A DNA stretch of 64,000 bases. It comes from Cyanobacteria bacterium P01_A01_bin.123 (lineage in GTDB: Bacteria; Cyanobacteriota; Cyanobacteriia; Phormidesmidales; Phormidesmidaceae). The position numbers were made by a program, and so were the translations under genes. This document shows, one piece after another, positions 18,833-28,661 of this stretch. The DNA lies in NCBI GenBank assembly GCA_039815185.1, contig JBCBZT010000005.1:172721-236720 (forward strand), in the 5' to 3' direction. Each line of letters starts with the position of its first letter. The first letter of the stretch is position 1. A model generated the notes under the pieces. The model made no database searches. It saw only the letters and a list, made by a program, of their open reading frames with translations, and had not been told where the DNA came from.

Positions 18833-19111
18833 ATGGCCACTCCACTACACCTGCAAGTCGGCACTACAGCAATACCACTCTCGATAGAGCACGATCAAAA
18901 CACACTAATCGTTCAATGCAGCCAGAAGCAGCAGGGGGAAACAGCCCTACTGAGGACGGCAGAACTAGCTTCTCTTGCTTTGCAAATGGGATGCAGCATG
19001 ATCGGTATCAAGATCGGAGCACGTCTGACATACTCAATCCCATGTGGACATATCCAAGAGGTTGAGAAACTGATTATGCCGGAAAGCCTTGGTGCTATTG
19101 AGCCTCAATAG
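18833..19111 (+). CDS. Hypothetical protein
   Basis: 92-aa ORF convergent with 19095-19829. Confidence 0.4.
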   Translation: MATPLHLQVGTTAIPLSIEHDQNTLIVQCSQKQQGETALLRTAELASLALQMGCSMIGIKIGARLTYSIPCGHIQEVEKLIMPESLGAIEPQ

Positions 19112-19829
19112 TCTTTCCGTTGTCTTCCCGCTGCGGTGCAGGCTTTTTGGATTCCTGGGCACCCAACGCCCTGGTTAATTTCTCTACGTCTCCGTACCAA
19201 GTCCCGAGGCGGATTATTTCTGCGTAGATCTCCGGCGACCAACTAGACCATCCACCAAGGGCCAGGATGCGATTTAGCCTATCCATTGGAATGCCTGATT
19301 CATTGGAAATGCCCTCAATCGTCACATCCAAGGCCTCTGCCTGAGCCAAAATTGTTCGAGTGAATAAGGATGCTTGGTCTTCTGGCTCTACACGAGGGGA
19401 AAGCAGTTCCCTGGCCACCCCTAGGAGTTCATCTGGGGAAAATGCCTGATAGCCATTGGGCACAAAATCTCGTGAGTCCCCCAGGAATGGGACTTCTATG
19501 AATGGGGCCATCTGTTCAAGCGTTTCAGATGACGGCAATTTTGATGGCCACTCCTCGATGTAGTCATACCTCGTGATATCTGACAAAGCCATTACCCCTT
19601 TCAGTGTCCCGTGGTGCAATCCAGTGCGACGCATAAATTCGCTCTGGTTGCTTCTGTAGTGCATTTGAAACGAGCGCTTAACAAGTCGTCCGACCCTGGC
19701 CAAACCTTTTTTAGTCCAAAGCATTGAAAATTCGAGGTAAATTCCCCGATATCTTAACTCGCACCAAGAATCGAGGCACGGATTCTTCAAAATCACTTGC
19801 CGCTTTTTGGAGATTGGATCTATGATCAC
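19095..19829 (-). CDS. Putative repressor-like protein (true start possibly ATG 19724)
   Basis: Divergent from a Cro-like ORF; HTH-like segments SNQSEFMRRTGLHHGTL and TIEGISNESGIPMDRL. Confidence 0.5.
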   Translation of the reverse strand: MIIDPISKKRQVILKNPCLDSWCELRYRGIYLEFSMLWTKKGLARVGRLVKRSFQMHYRSNQSEFMRRTGLHHGTLKGVMALSDITRYDYIEEWPSKLPSSETLEQMAPFIEVPFLGDSRDFVPNGYQAFSPDELLGVARELLSPRVEPEDQASLFTRTILAQAEALDVTIEGISNESGIPMDRLNRILALGGWSSWSPEIYAEIIRLGTWYGDVEKLTRALGAQESKKPAPQREDNGKTIEAQ

Positions 19830-19868
19830 GGTGCGAGATGCATTAGTACATACGTTAAGGAGTTTGAG

Positions 19869-20072
19869 ATGAGCTTACTTACGAACCAGCTAAAGCCCAA
19901 GGTCATAGCTGAATTCATAAAGGGCAGAACACCTATAGAGCTGTTTCACAGCAAAGAGTTTTGCTTGGCCAGAAGGACTTTTTACAAGTGGTTCTACGAG
20001 TGGAGAGATCAGCAAGAGGCGGAGCTAGAAGCTTCCCCAAACGAAAGCGGCCCCACACAGGAAGCCGCTTAG
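19869..20072 (+). CDS. Small Cro/HTH-like protein, first gene of the replication operon
   Basis: AAGGAG RBS; LARRTFYKWFYEW. Confidence 0.6.
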   Translation: MSLLTNQLKPKVIAEFIKGRTPIELFHSKEFCLARRTFYKWFYEWRDQQEAELEASPNESGPTQEAA

Positions 20073-20103
20073 CCATTCATTACCTACCAAGGAGGTAGTT
20101 GAA

Positions 20104-20319
20104 ATGACGATAGCAAACGAATTGAAAGTCGGGCCATTGGTTATGGCCCGCATAAGAGTCAAGCATCGAGAGATCACAACCGTAATCGCTGCGTCCAAAT
20201 TCGTGCAGGATTGCCATCGAGAAACCGCTCAATGCCGTGCGGACAGATGGGAAGGGACACTGCTTCAGGTGTTTGCTCAGACTCCGTCGAGCATTACTGG
20301 CGAGGAGGGTGCAGCATGA
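20104..20319 (+). CDS. Hypothetical protein
   Basis: AAGGAGGT RBS; ATGA overlap with next gene. Confidence 0.65.
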   Translation: MTIANELKVGPLVMARIRVKHREITTVIAASKFVQDCHRETAQCRADRWEGTLLQVFAQTPSSITGEEGAA

Positions 20320-20786
20320 CTCTCGCCAAAGACCTCAAAATGTGGGACGAGATTCTCACATTCCATAACGCCAGGCTAAAGCGGTGTCGAATCACTACTG
20401 TGCCGACAACTGAAGGCGATCGCACTTCTTTCAAAATAGCCCCGAAAAGCAATCGCAATAAGGCAGATGTAGTTCCAGTCACCTATACAGCCACCGCCGA
20501 GGTGCATGTCTTTGGCCAGGATGAGCTAACGCAAGCCGAGTCTGGATTCCAGGTCGCCATGAATGCAGTGCTAATTACCTTGCAGACCAACCGCAAGGCA
20601 ACAGCCATCACCGAACTACTGAAGCTCATGCGGCCCCGGTACGGTGAATTTGCCCGCTCAGTGATCGTAAGGGCCTGCAAGCAGCTCGTTGAGGATGGGT
20701 TGCTGGAATTCTCCGCCAGAAAGAGAAATGGGCGTGCGATCCATTTCTACCGGGCCATAGCTGAGCAAGAGGAGGGTGCGGCGTGA
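20316..20786 (+). CDS. Hypothetical protein with C-terminal winged-helix-like region
   Basis: Start at ATGA overlap 20316; RACKQLVEDGLLEF. Confidence 0.65.
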   Translation: MTLAKDLKMWDEILTFHNARLKRCRITTVPTTEGDRTSFKIAPKSNRNKADVVPVTYTATAEVHVFGQDELTQAESGFQVAMNAVLITLQTNRKATAITELLKLMRPRYGEFARSVIVRACKQLVEDGLLEFSARKRNGRAIHFYRAIAEQEEGAA

Positions 20787-21517
20787 TAAAACACCTCGAT
20801 CTGTTCTCAGGGATTGGCGGTTTTACCCTTGCAGCCCAGATGGTGGGGGGAATCAAAACCACTCAGTTCGTAGAGATTGACCCATTTTGCCAGAAAGTTC
20901 TAGAGATTCGATTCCCATCTGTCCAAATCCATGACGACATCCAGACCTTCAACGCAGCAGCGGGAGAGTTTGACCTTATCACCGGTGGTTTTCCCTGTCA
21001 GGACATCAGCGCCGCAAACAGCAAAGGCAGGGGACTTGAAGGCGATCGCAGTGGACTCTTCTTTGAAATCGTTCGACTGGTTCGCCAAATTAGACCCCGA
21101 TACCTCGTACTGGAGAACACATCAGCCCTGCTTACCCATCGAGGGGGCAGGGATATGGGAGCAGTTCTCTGGGAGCTTTCCCAGATCGGGCTTGATGCGG
21201 AGTGGAGCGTTGTTTCGTGCTGTGCCTTGGGTGCGCCACACACACGGGAAAGGGTGTTCATTGTGGCCTACCCCGACGGCAAGCATGGCGCGGGCCGGAT
21301 GGCCGTTTCGAGAGCACACAGCCAACACCTACAACAAGGCCACTCGCACCAGGGCACTAGCTGTTGGCAAGGGGCCATACCCAGCCCTCCAGGAGTGGCT
21401 AATGGGCTTCCCGATCGGGTGGACAGACTTAGAAGCCTCGGAAATTCAGTGTCCCCTCAGGCTGCCGCAGTAGCGCTAGGACGGGTCAAAGCCTTGAGCG
21501 AAAGAGGTGCAGCATGA
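20783..21517 (+). CDS. DNA cytosine-5 methyltransferase (alpha chain)
   Basis: DLFSGIGGF (I), GGFPCQ (IV), LEN (VI), PHTRERVF (VIII), LGNSV (X). Confidence 0.93.
   Translation: MIKHLDLFSGIGGFTLAAQMVGGIKTTQFVEIDPFCQKVLEIRFPSVQIHDDIQTFNAAAGEFDLITGGFPCQDISAANSKGRGLEGDRSGLFFEIVRLVRQIRPRYLVLENTSALLTHRGGRDMGAVLWELSQIGLDAEWSVVSCCALGAPHTRERVFIVAYPDGKHGAGRMAVSRAHSQHLQQGHSHQGTSCWQGAIPSPPGVANGLPDRVDRLRSLGNSVSPQAAAVALGRVKALSERGAA
20931..21473 (+). CDS. Nested alternative-frame ORF, probable beta chain of the C5-MTase carrying motif IX
   Basis: 180 aa open in +1 frame inside the MTase; LWPTPTAS...PALQEWLMGFPIGWTD. Confidence 0.7.
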   Translation: MTTSRPSTQQRESLTLSPVVFPVRTSAPQTAKAGDLKAIAVDSSLKSFDWFAKLDPDTSYWRTHQPCLPIEGAGIWEQFSGSFPRSGLMRSGALFRAVPWVRHTHGKGCSLWPTPTASMARAGWPFREHTANTYNKATRTRALAVGKGPYPALQEWLMGFPIGWTDLEASEIQCPLRLPQ

Positions 21518-21861
21518 CTTACCTCGAACTCCTAAAGCGCTGGGAAAAGCTGGAACCAGGACTCGTTGTCAGTGGCGATCGCGGCTCCATCTGGTTCCAC
21601 TGGCCGGAACTGACTCCAGTCTGGTTCAAGACCGAGAACGAGCCATATCCCCTATCCCTGGCCATCCTGAGTCACTACATCCTCACCCATGCCAGGGAAG
21701 GAAAACTCGACTTGGCGCTAACTATCAACAGCATGAATCAGGGATGCATCGCCGCGATCGTACAGGACACCAAGGCGTCAGCGGGTGAAGACGCTGACCA
21801 CACGCTAGCGCTGATGGAGGCGTGGGTGAACCACCTAGAACGCATCGCTAATCAAAGTTAA
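21514..21861 (+). CDS. Hypothetical protein
   Basis: ATGA-coupled to the MTase. Confidence 0.65.
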   Translation: MTYLELLKRWEKLEPGLVVSGDRGSIWFHWPELTPVWFKTENEPYPLSLAILSHYILTHAREGKLDLALTINSMNQGCIAAIVQDTKASAGEDADHTLALMEAWVNHLERIANQS

Positions 21862-21931
21862 TCCGAGCTTTGCCCCGGACTCCACACCTTACTCACGGTC
21901 GGGGCTTTTCTATTCATTGTTGAGGTTTCGT

Positions 21932-24900
21932 ATGCCTGTTACTACACCTTGCCCATCCCACATCAAGCCAGAGCATTGGAAAGAGTGGGTTGATGAGAGT
22001 GGCGTCTCGCCCCACCTAACGACGCTCAACCTAGGCTACTACGAAGGCCAAGAAGTCATTGAAGCGCTGGCAGGGAATTTGCTGGAGTCTATGAGCAGTC
22101 ATGCTCAGCAATACGCCACCCGCAGTGTTCAAAACGTTCTTAGGCGCTACGAAGGCCCAGCGCGAGGGGGATGGGGCGTATTTAGCTTAGCCCCCGAGAG
22201 CAATTGGGAGAGGGATGGGCATTTTCGCTTCAAGCCCGATCATCCCTACTACGACCAAAACAGACAGCGCCCTGTCAAATACGAGGGCGTTGCCAAAGCC
22301 GAGGCACGGCCAGTTTTTTTGAGAACCAGCCTTGCTGAATCACTTTTGACCGCACAACGCATAAAGGAGACTCATGAAACAGCATACGTCCTGCTCAGGG
22401 AAAGGTTTCTCAAGGATTTCTTTAAGGCGAGGCCAGAGACAAAAACGCAGGAAGAGCAGCCTAAAAGTGCACAACAGTCCGCTCCTGGAGGTGATAGCGA
22501 TCGACAGATACAGGGCTGTGATCTCGCATTTGCCCTTGCCAGAGGTCGATTATCGGAAGTTTGTAAAAAGCTAAAAACGCTACCTCCCATCGAAGATCCG
22601 CATTATTGGCCCTGGGTAGAACGCCACAACCTACCCATTGCCATTACTGAGGGGGAAAAGAAGGCGGGATTTTTGCTCAGTCAGGGTATTAGCGCGATCG
22701 CGCTCCCCGGTGTCCACAACGCCATCCGTACTCGTGATGCGGATGGGTGCAAACTATTCGAGCCTTATCTGGTGCCAGACCTCAAGCGGTTTGCCACCAA
22801 AGATCGAGAAATTACGGTGTGTTTTGACCACGAAACCAGAGTCAAGCAACGCCGTGCGCTTGACTCTGAGATCGAGAAAATCAAACAGCACTTTGGCTAT
22901 GAGAAGGCCAAGACCCGAGTCCTAGAGCTACCAGGGCCAGAAAAGGGCGTTGATGATTTTGGGGTTGCCCATGGTGCAGATGCCTTTGTGGAGCTATACG
23001 ACGCTGCCCCTAACTTTGAATTGTGGACGGTGCAGCGTTACAGCCGCCTCAGTTATCCTGTCGCCCAAAGTCTTAACCAGCGATACTTAGGCGACCTCAA
23101 CATCCCAAAAACAGCCAATCTGATAGCCCTTAAGTCGCCCAAAGGCACTGGTAAAACCGAGAGCTTTAAACACCTTGTCGAGCAAGCCACCGACCAAGGC
23201 CAACGAACCTTACTCATTACTCACCGGGTGCAGTTGGGGCAGGCGATCTGCGATCGCGTTGCGCTGCCGTATGTTACTGAGTTGAGGACTACGGCTGAAG
23301 GTGATCTACTTGGCTATGGTGTTTGCGTCGATTCATTGCACCCAAACTCCCAAGCTCACTTCAATGCCGAAGACTGGAAAGACGCGCTTATCATCATTGA
23401 CGAATGCGAACAGGTGATTTGGCACCTGCTTGAAGGCCGCACAGAGATCAGGCAGCACCGCCTAGAAGTGCTCAATCAGCTTCAGGTGTTGTTCGACGGG
23501 GTACTCAACTCAGATCGAGGACGCATCGTCCTCAGTGATGCCGACCTATCCGATCAGTCCATTCGATTTATTGGAGACTTGGTCGATCGGCAGACCGAAG
23601 TTCAGCCTTACGTCGTAGTCAATAGCTGGCAACCGAGTGAGCCTTGGCAGGTTTACAACTATACCCAGAGCAAGCCCGAACAGTGGGGGGCAGCAATGCT
23701 CAGAGCGCTTGACGAGGGGCAGCGGATTATGATCTGCACCCAGTCTCAAAAGACCAAGTCTCGCTGGAGCACTACTACACTTGAAGCCCTCATTGCAAAG
23801 CGGTACCCAGACCGAAAGGTACTGCGCATTGACAGTCAGAGCGTCTCAGATCCCCAGCACCCTGCTTACCTTTGCACTGCCCACCTCAATGAAATCTTGC
23901 CTAACTATGACGTGGTGATTTGTTCACCCACCATTGAGACTGGGGTGAGTATTGATATCCGGGGCCACTTCCATAGCCTATGGGCTTGCGGTCAGGGGGT
24001 ATTGAGCGAAAACAGCACTCGTCAATTCCTGGCGCGACTACGAGATCCTGTACCCCGACACATTTGGTGTCAATCCTTTGGTGTCGGTCGGATTGCGAAC
24101 GGAGCTACCTCTATCAAGGGGCTATTGGCGTGTCAGTACAAGTTAGCCAAGCAAAACGCCAACCTACTGCGCTATGCGGCTTTTGGCGAAGACATGCTGA
24201 AAAGCTTTAGCGGCACTCTGTACATTTGGGCCGTGATGGGTTGCCGGATCAACTCCGGCGCTATCCACTACAGACAGGCTGTGATGGCGGCACTACGGCG
24301 GGAAGGTCACCATATCCACACTGTTGAAGTGGTGGGATGCAGCATAACCAAGGCACTGCGCATGCCGACGGCAGATGGCGATCATCAGTACCTTGATACT
24401 GAGCTTGAGGTGCTAGATCTCAAAGAAGAGCTAGACGAGATCAAGACTGTCAACCACAAAGCTGAATGCGAAGCAATTGCAGGCGCGGAAGAGATTACGC
24501 CCAAGCAGTATGAGCGGCTCAAAGCCCAGAAGGCCAAGACCCAGCAACAGTGGCACACTCAGCGCAAGCATGAAGTAGGCGATCGCTACCAAGTCGAAGT
24601 TACGCCCGATTTAGTCTCCAAAGACAGCGACGGATGGTATCCCAAGCTTAAACTGTTCTACTACCTTACGATTGGCCGTCCGTATCTTAAGCAACGAGAC
24701 CAAGGCAACTTTGAATCCGAAGTTAAAAGTGGTGGGGCATGGCTCCCTACCCTCAACGGTTCTCAAATGGGCCTCAAAGTTCATCTGCTCAGACATTTAG
24801 GTGTTCAGCAGCTTCGCAGCCCAGAACTGCTCTTGCACGGTGGCAACCGCGCTAGCGACGGAGAGATTGAAGCAGGTTCTAGACAGCACTACGACAATTG

Positions 24901-25216
24901 CCACCCCTTACTCTGGAAAATCACCCAAAAAGCGCGGCGATACGCATGGGAGGTGAAGGCCATTTTGGGTGTCACCATCTCAGAGAAGATGTCGCCCATC
25001 CAAATCGTTCAGTCATTACTGCGAAAACTCGATCTAAAGCTGGAGTTTGTTCATCAAGAAGGTGGCCGAGGCGATCGGCAGCGCTACTACTGCTATTCAG
25101 AGCCAAAGGACGGCAGAGATCCCATACTGGCTCGCTGGGCAATGGCAGACTCGGCTCGCGCCGACGCCGTGCACACCCCTGGTAATAAAGATCTATACAG
25201 CCAGGAGGCCGCATGA
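21932..25216 (+). CDS. DUF3854 primase-helicase / CyRepA1-type replication initiator
   Basis: ITEGEKKAG, CFD, KGVDDF (Toprim-like); KSPKGTGKT Walker A, IIIDECEQ Walker B, SPTIETGVSID. Confidence 0.9.
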   Translation: MPVTTPCPSHIKPEHWKEWVDESGVSPHLTTLNLGYYEGQEVIEALAGNLLESMSSHAQQYATRSVQNVLRRYEGPARGGWGVFSLAPESNWERDGHFRFKPDHPYYDQNRQRPVKYEGVAKAEARPVFLRTSLAESLLTAQRIKETHETAYVLLRERFLKDFFKARPETKTQEEQPKSAQQSAPGGDSDRQIQGCDLAFALARGRLSEVCKKLKTLPPIEDPHYWPWVERHNLPIAITEGEKKAGFLLSQGISAIALPGVHNAIRTRDADGCKLFEPYLVPDLKRFATKDREITVCFDHETRVKQRRALDSEIEKIKQHFGYEKAKTRVLELPGPEKGVDDFGVAHGADAFVELYDAAPNFELWTVQRYSRLSYPVAQSLNQRYLGDLNIPKTANLIALKSPKGTGKTESFKHLVEQATDQGQRTLLITHRVQLGQAICDRVALPYVTELRTTAEGDLLGYGVCVDSLHPNSQAHFNAEDWKDALIIIDECEQVIWHLLEGRTEIRQHRLEVLNQLQVLFDGVLNSDRGRIVLSDADLSDQSIRFIGDLVDRQTEVQPYVVVNSWQPSEPWQVYNYTQSKPEQWGAAMLRALDEGQRIMICTQSQKTKSRWSTTTLEALIAKRYPDRKVLRIDSQSVSDPQHPAYLCTAHLNEILPNYDVVICSPTIETGVSIDIRGHFHSLWACGQGVLSENSTRQFLARLRDPVPRHIWCQSFGVGRIANGATSIKGLLACQYKLAKQNANLLRYAAFGEDMLKSFSGTLYIWAVMGCRINSGAIHYRQAVMAALRREGHHIHTVEVVGCSITKALRMPTADGDHQYLDTELEVLDLKEELDEIKTVNHKAECEAIAGAEEITPKQYERLKAQKAKTQQQWHTQRKHEVGDRYQVEVTPDLVSKDSDGWYPKLKLFYYLTIGRPYLKQRDQGNFESEVKSGGAWLPTLNGSQMGLKVHLLRHLGVQQLRSPELLLHGGNRASDGEIEAGSRQHYDNCHPLLWKITQKARRYAWEVKAILGVTISEKMSPIQIVQSLLRKLDLKLEFVHQEGGRGDRQRYYCYSEPKDGRDPILARWAMADSARADAVHTPGNKDLYSQEAA

Positions 25217-25596
25217 CAGATCTCCCCACCTGGCTAAAACCCGGCGTCCTTGCTGTATCCGGATCGGCCATATTCGCCGTATCCAAGGTACGCAAAACAA
25301 AGCCGCCCCAGACACCTAGCGTTCATTTGGTGGCAGCAAACGACACCGATTACCCCTTGGCGCAATGCAGGATAGCCACCCTGACCGACCTCTCCAACTG
25401 CACTCGCTACATTGGCGAAGACGGAACCTGCTGGCTGCTAAGCCTGCAAGGCAACATCGTCACCCTTGCTCGGGGTGAGCAGATTTATCGGGTGAAGCTG
25501 CCAAGTGAGGGCATGGAGTTTGCTCAATCTGTTGCCAGCTTTGCCAATGCCTTTGACGGTGAAGTCGTGAGCGATTGGGAGGTGCCCGGTGAATAG
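25213..25596 (+). CDS. Hypothetical protein
   Basis: ATGA-coupled, AGGAGG RBS. Confidence 0.65.
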   Translation: MTDLPTWLKPGVLAVSGSAIFAVSKVRKTKPPQTPSVHLVAANDTDYPLAQCRIATLTDLSNCTRYIGEDGTCWLLSLQGNIVTLARGEQIYRVKLPSEGMEFAQSVASFANAFDGEVVSDWEVPGE

Positions 25597-26401
25597 CGAC
25601 CCAACGTCCTACCCCCCCCCGACTACCCAGCAGCCGAAGCCGCCATCAGGCGAGCATTGCGGCCCCTCAGCGTTGCCCAACAGCAGCTTCTACTCGCTCA
25701 AATTACAAGGGAGGTCAGTCATGGTTGAGCAACTCAGCCTCCTAGATGTACCTCCAGTTGAGCCGCCTAAGCGCGTTCATCATTGCCACGCAATTGGCTG
25801 TGAAAAAGAGGTTTTGCGGATCCTCCTGATGTGCCGAAAGCACTGGAGAATGGTGCCCAAAGACTTGCGGGATGAGGTTAATCGCACCTACAAGTTTGGC
25901 CAAGAGGTAGACAAAGTCCCGTCCCCTGAATACATGGCCGCTGCAAAGGCCGCGATCGAAGCAGTTCACCTCGCTGAAAACCCACCGCCTAAATCTGTTG
26001 TCCCAGAACTTCCCACACCCGAAGCGCCTATATCAGTCCGCTTCTCAGCAGGCGATCGCGTCTCAATCAAGCCCATCACCTGCCAAGGCCGCACAATCCA
26101 CCCATGGAAGAGCAAAGCAGGCACCCTCAAAGGCTTAGAAGGCGACACAGCCTTGGTCGATTTCGGTGTTCCCGGCCATCCCTATCCATGTCGTTCTGAT
26201 CGCCTCTGTGAGCCTACAGAAGCTATGGAGGTACCCAGTGAACCAGCCCCAATCAAAGTCTTCAGTGAGTGGCGCTGGTGGGAATCTACGCAGCGCTGGA
26301 CGTACACCGGACGGATGGGGTTAAGCATCAAACCCAGTCATCCCAATAGCAAAGTTTTTCCCTACGGAGTAGACCCAAACGAGGAGATGAGCCAATGCTA
26401 G
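25589..26401 (+). CDS. Hypothetical protein with Cys/His zinc motif and SH3-like segment (alternative start 25721)
   Basis: HHCHAIGCEK...LMCRKHWRMVP phage zinc motif. Confidence 0.65.
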   Translation: MNSDPTSYPPPTTQQPKPPSGEHCGPSALPNSSFYSLKLQGRSVMVEQLSLLDVPPVEPPKRVHHCHAIGCEKEVLRILLMCRKHWRMVPKDLRDEVNRTYKFGQEVDKVPSPEYMAAAKAAIEAVHLAENPPPKSVVPELPTPEAPISVRFSAGDRVSIKPITCQGRTIHPWKSKAGTLKGLEGDTALVDFGVPGHPYPCRSDRLCEPTEAMEVPSEPAPIKVFSEWRWWESTQRWTYTGRMGLSIKPSHPNSKVFPYGVDPNEEMSQC

Positions 26402-26607
26402 GCATATTGCTAACAGAGCCATACTCAAAGAACATCCAGGATGATGCTTGGCAGTGCCTGAAGGACGCCCAGAGCCAGCTAGAACAGATGGGCATCTCCG
26501 TCATGATTGATCAGTTTGAGTCAGAGGCTGAGATGCGAGGTTTTCTGGCAAGGCACGCCCAGGGAGTCGAGCCTTTTGGTGAGGAGGTAAATGATGAAGC
26601 GCATTAA
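26395..26607 (+). CDS. Hypothetical protein
   Basis: Coupled ORF with GAGGAG RBS. Confidence 0.6.
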   Translation: MLGILLTEPYSKNIQDDAWQCLKDAQSQLEQMGISVMIDQFESEAEMRGFLARHAQGVEPFGEEVNDEAH

Positions 26608-26860
26608 GGTCGGGCGACTATCAGCCACTCTGTTGCCCCCTCGGCTATGGGCACTCCGTTGCCGCTTCAAGCCTTGCCGCAAAAAGGTCTCGCCGGAGGA
26701 GCGCCAGCTATTTGAACTACTCCTCGCAAACTACACCGTCGAAATACCGGAATACAGACCATTCGGATGGTCTCTACGTCTGCCATTTGCGTGTGTCAGG
26801 GTTTTTGGGATGCCTGGAATGCCTGACATGACTATCGGAGTGGAGGAGGGCGAACAATGA
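26591..26860 (+). CDS. Hypothetical protein
   Basis: Coupled ORF; similar to 26857-27072 (LW.L..RF, PFGWSLRLP / PYGWVLSLP). Confidence 0.6.
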   Translation: MMKRIKVGRLSATLLPPRLWALRCRFKPCRKKVSPEERQLFELLLANYTVEIPEYRPFGWSLRLPFACVRVFGMPGMPDMTIGVEEGEQ

Positions 26861-27072
26861 TTTTCACAACGCGTCGAGAAACCTTTGACGAGTGGGCAAT
26901 TGGGCGCTATCGAGTGCAGTTTTTCGAGTCGCACTTATGGCGGTTGGGTGTTCGTTTTCGGTGGCTCACTAGGCAGGTAATTGATATGCCTAGGGTGAGC
27001 GTCATCGAAAAGCCTTATGGGTGGGTGCTGTCTCTGCCAACGATGGCCATCAGAGTGGAGAGGAATGGGTAA
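26857..27072 (+). CDS. Hypothetical protein, paralog of preceding ORF
   Basis: ATGA overlap; shared motifs with 26591-26860. Confidence 0.6.
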   Translation: MIFTTRRETFDEWAIGRYRVQFFESHLWRLGVRFRWLTRQVIDMPRVSVIEKPYGWVLSLPTMAIRVERNG

Positions 27073-27395
27073 TGACAACTGACGAAACCGTGGCTTTGCT
27101 GCTTGAGGCAGCAGCGGCCACTAGGCAGCTTACTGAGGCTGCTTTGGGAATGGCTCAAGACTTGCAGCGCAACCGCAAAGAACACGAGTGGGTAAAGCCT
27201 TCGGAGGCGGCATCAATGCTAGGTACTGCCTTTACCCCCACCAAAATAGTTGACGACATCAATGCTGGCTTTTTTAAGTATGGCCGCGACTACATCAATA
27301 CCAGTAACGGCAGTAGGCCAAACTACGCTGTAAAGGCTGCTCAGCTCCGCAAGGTTTACAGCACCCCACCCGAGAAGCGTCAGACCTATTCTTGA
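27072..27395 (+). CDS. Excisionase-like HTH protein
   Basis: EWVKPSEAASMLG...FKYGRDY...RPNYAV; convergent on the integrase. Confidence 0.65.
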   Translation: MTTDETVALLLEAAAATRQLTEAALGMAQDLQRNRKEHEWVKPSEAASMLGTAFTPTKIVDDINAGFFKYGRDYINTSNGSRPNYAVKAAQLRKVYSTPPEKRQTYS

Positions 27396-27397
27396 TC

Positions 27398-28483
27398 TTA
27401 CTGAAGCTGCTCCCAGGCTTGCTGGAATTGGTTCTCATTGATGAACTGCTGATAAGTTCGATAGTGTTCCGTGAGAGAGTGGCCCATCATCTTCGCTGCG
27501 ATCACTGGGTCAAGCCCCTTCACTGCCGAGCGAACAGCCCAGCAATGCCGGAGGTCGTACAAGACAAATGGCATTCCTTGTCGCTTGAAATACTGCGCCG
27601 ACCGCAGCCCATAATCGCTGTTGCGTCGCACAGTGAGCTGGGGCAGCTCAACATCATACAATCGAAAACGCTCCCACCACTTGCCTGGAATGGGCCACAC
27701 TCTACGCTGTCCAGTTTTCCCGCCCTCAACGATCGCCACTCCTGGCGGTTTTTTTAATGCCTCCAAGTCAAGATAGAAGCATTCGTGGTTTCTCAGGCCA
27801 TAAGTCGCCATTAGAGCATAGACACATTGCCATGAGCGCAACGGAATCTGTTCGTAGAAGGCAAGGATCTGGTCGTCACTAGGCAAGTCCCTAGGATTGA
27901 TCTCACCTGCTCTGTATTTGCCTCTGTAGGGGCCAAGGTCGATCTCTATGTGAGCAAATCTAGCAAGTGCTTTATATGCTGTCACTGCTCGCTGCCGTGC
28001 CCTCGTGTCTGGCTTTGTGCTGCTAAGTAAAACCTGCTGTAATACCTCTCCGTCTAACTCTGAATTAGATGGTAGTCGCCGAAACGGCACAGCGTAATCT
28101 TTATCCCAGGTCGTTTCAGTTTTGGCGGTTCGCTCTCGCTGCTGGAAATACTGAGCCTCAAATGCTTCTACCCAATCTCTACAGGTTCTTGTTCTTAACT
28201 CAGGCTCGATCCAATTAACCCAATTAAATTTCTCCATTGCCAAGTCGGACGACAATCGCAGCGCCTCAGCCTTAGCCCGCTTCACTCCCGCCGGATTGCC
28301 ATATATGCCCAACGATATCCGTTGAGAATAGGGCTTGGTTTTACTACTTTCTGGCTTGGGTGGTAGGGTACCTCTAAGACGAAGCTTGGCCCCTTGCAAT
28401 TCGACAGTGACACCAGCTTTGCTGCGCTTTAGTCCACGATTAATTTCAGTGATTGCCAACTTAGCATCAAACGCCTTTGACAT
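27398..28483 (-). CDS. Tyrosine recombinase / integrase
   Basis: LRLRGTLPPKP arm-binding N-terminus; YGLRNHE, KTG, YDLRHCWAVR, MMGHS...HYRTY catalytic residues. Confidence 0.95.
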   Translation of the reverse strand: MSKAFDAKLAITEINRGLKRSKAGVTVELQGAKLRLRGTLPPKPESSKTKPYSQRISLGIYGNPAGVKRAKAEALRLSSDLAMEKFNWVNWIEPELRTRTCRDWVEAFEAQYFQQRERTAKTETTWDKDYAVPFRRLPSNSELDGEVLQQVLLSSTKPDTRARQRAVTAYKALARFAHIEIDLGPYRGKYRAGEINPRDLPSDDQILAFYEQIPLRSWQCVYALMATYGLRNHECFYLDLEALKKPPGVAIVEGGKTGQRRVWPIPGKWWERFRLYDVELPQLTVRRNSDYGLRSAQYFKRQGMPFVLYDLRHCWAVRSAVKGLDPVIAAKMMGHSLTEHYRTYQQFINENQFQQAWEQLQ

Positions 28484-28618
28484 TTGCCAAAATCCTGCCA
28501 ACTTTTTTAACAGAATAGAAGCATTTGACTCGAATTACTCTAATAAAGTGAACGGTATATCAAGGCTTTACAGGCTTTCTACTGTACATTTACCTATTAC
28601 AAAGGCACTGGCAGTAGT

Positions 28619-28661
28619 TTGTGATTCCACCATTCGCGGGTTCGACCCCCGTCGTTCGCCC
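28619..28661 (+). other. att core: 3' half of tRNA-His(GTG)
   Basis: TTGTGAT TCCAC CATTC GCGGGTTCGACCCCCGT CGTTCGCCC = anticodon loop, T-arm, 3' acceptor strand; no 5' half upstream. Confidence 0.85.

Larger units (their letters stand above)
1..28661. mobile_element. Prophage-like/integrative element (left end outside window) integrated at tRNA-His
   Basis: Integrase and excisionase next to a 3' tRNA-His fragment; primase-helicase, MTases, XRE regulators; many translationally coupled small ORFs ending EEGAA/QEAA; no capsid or terminase recognised inside the window. Confidence 0.85.

Noticed and set aside
28600..28661. Complete tRNA-His gene
   Set aside because: 5' acceptor strand, D-arm and 5' anticodon stem are missing; treated as att duplication
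1..28661. Calling the element a complete prophage
   Set aside because: No terminase, portal, capsid or tail gene recognised in the window; it could be an integrative plasmid/ICE-like element or the structural genes may lie to the left
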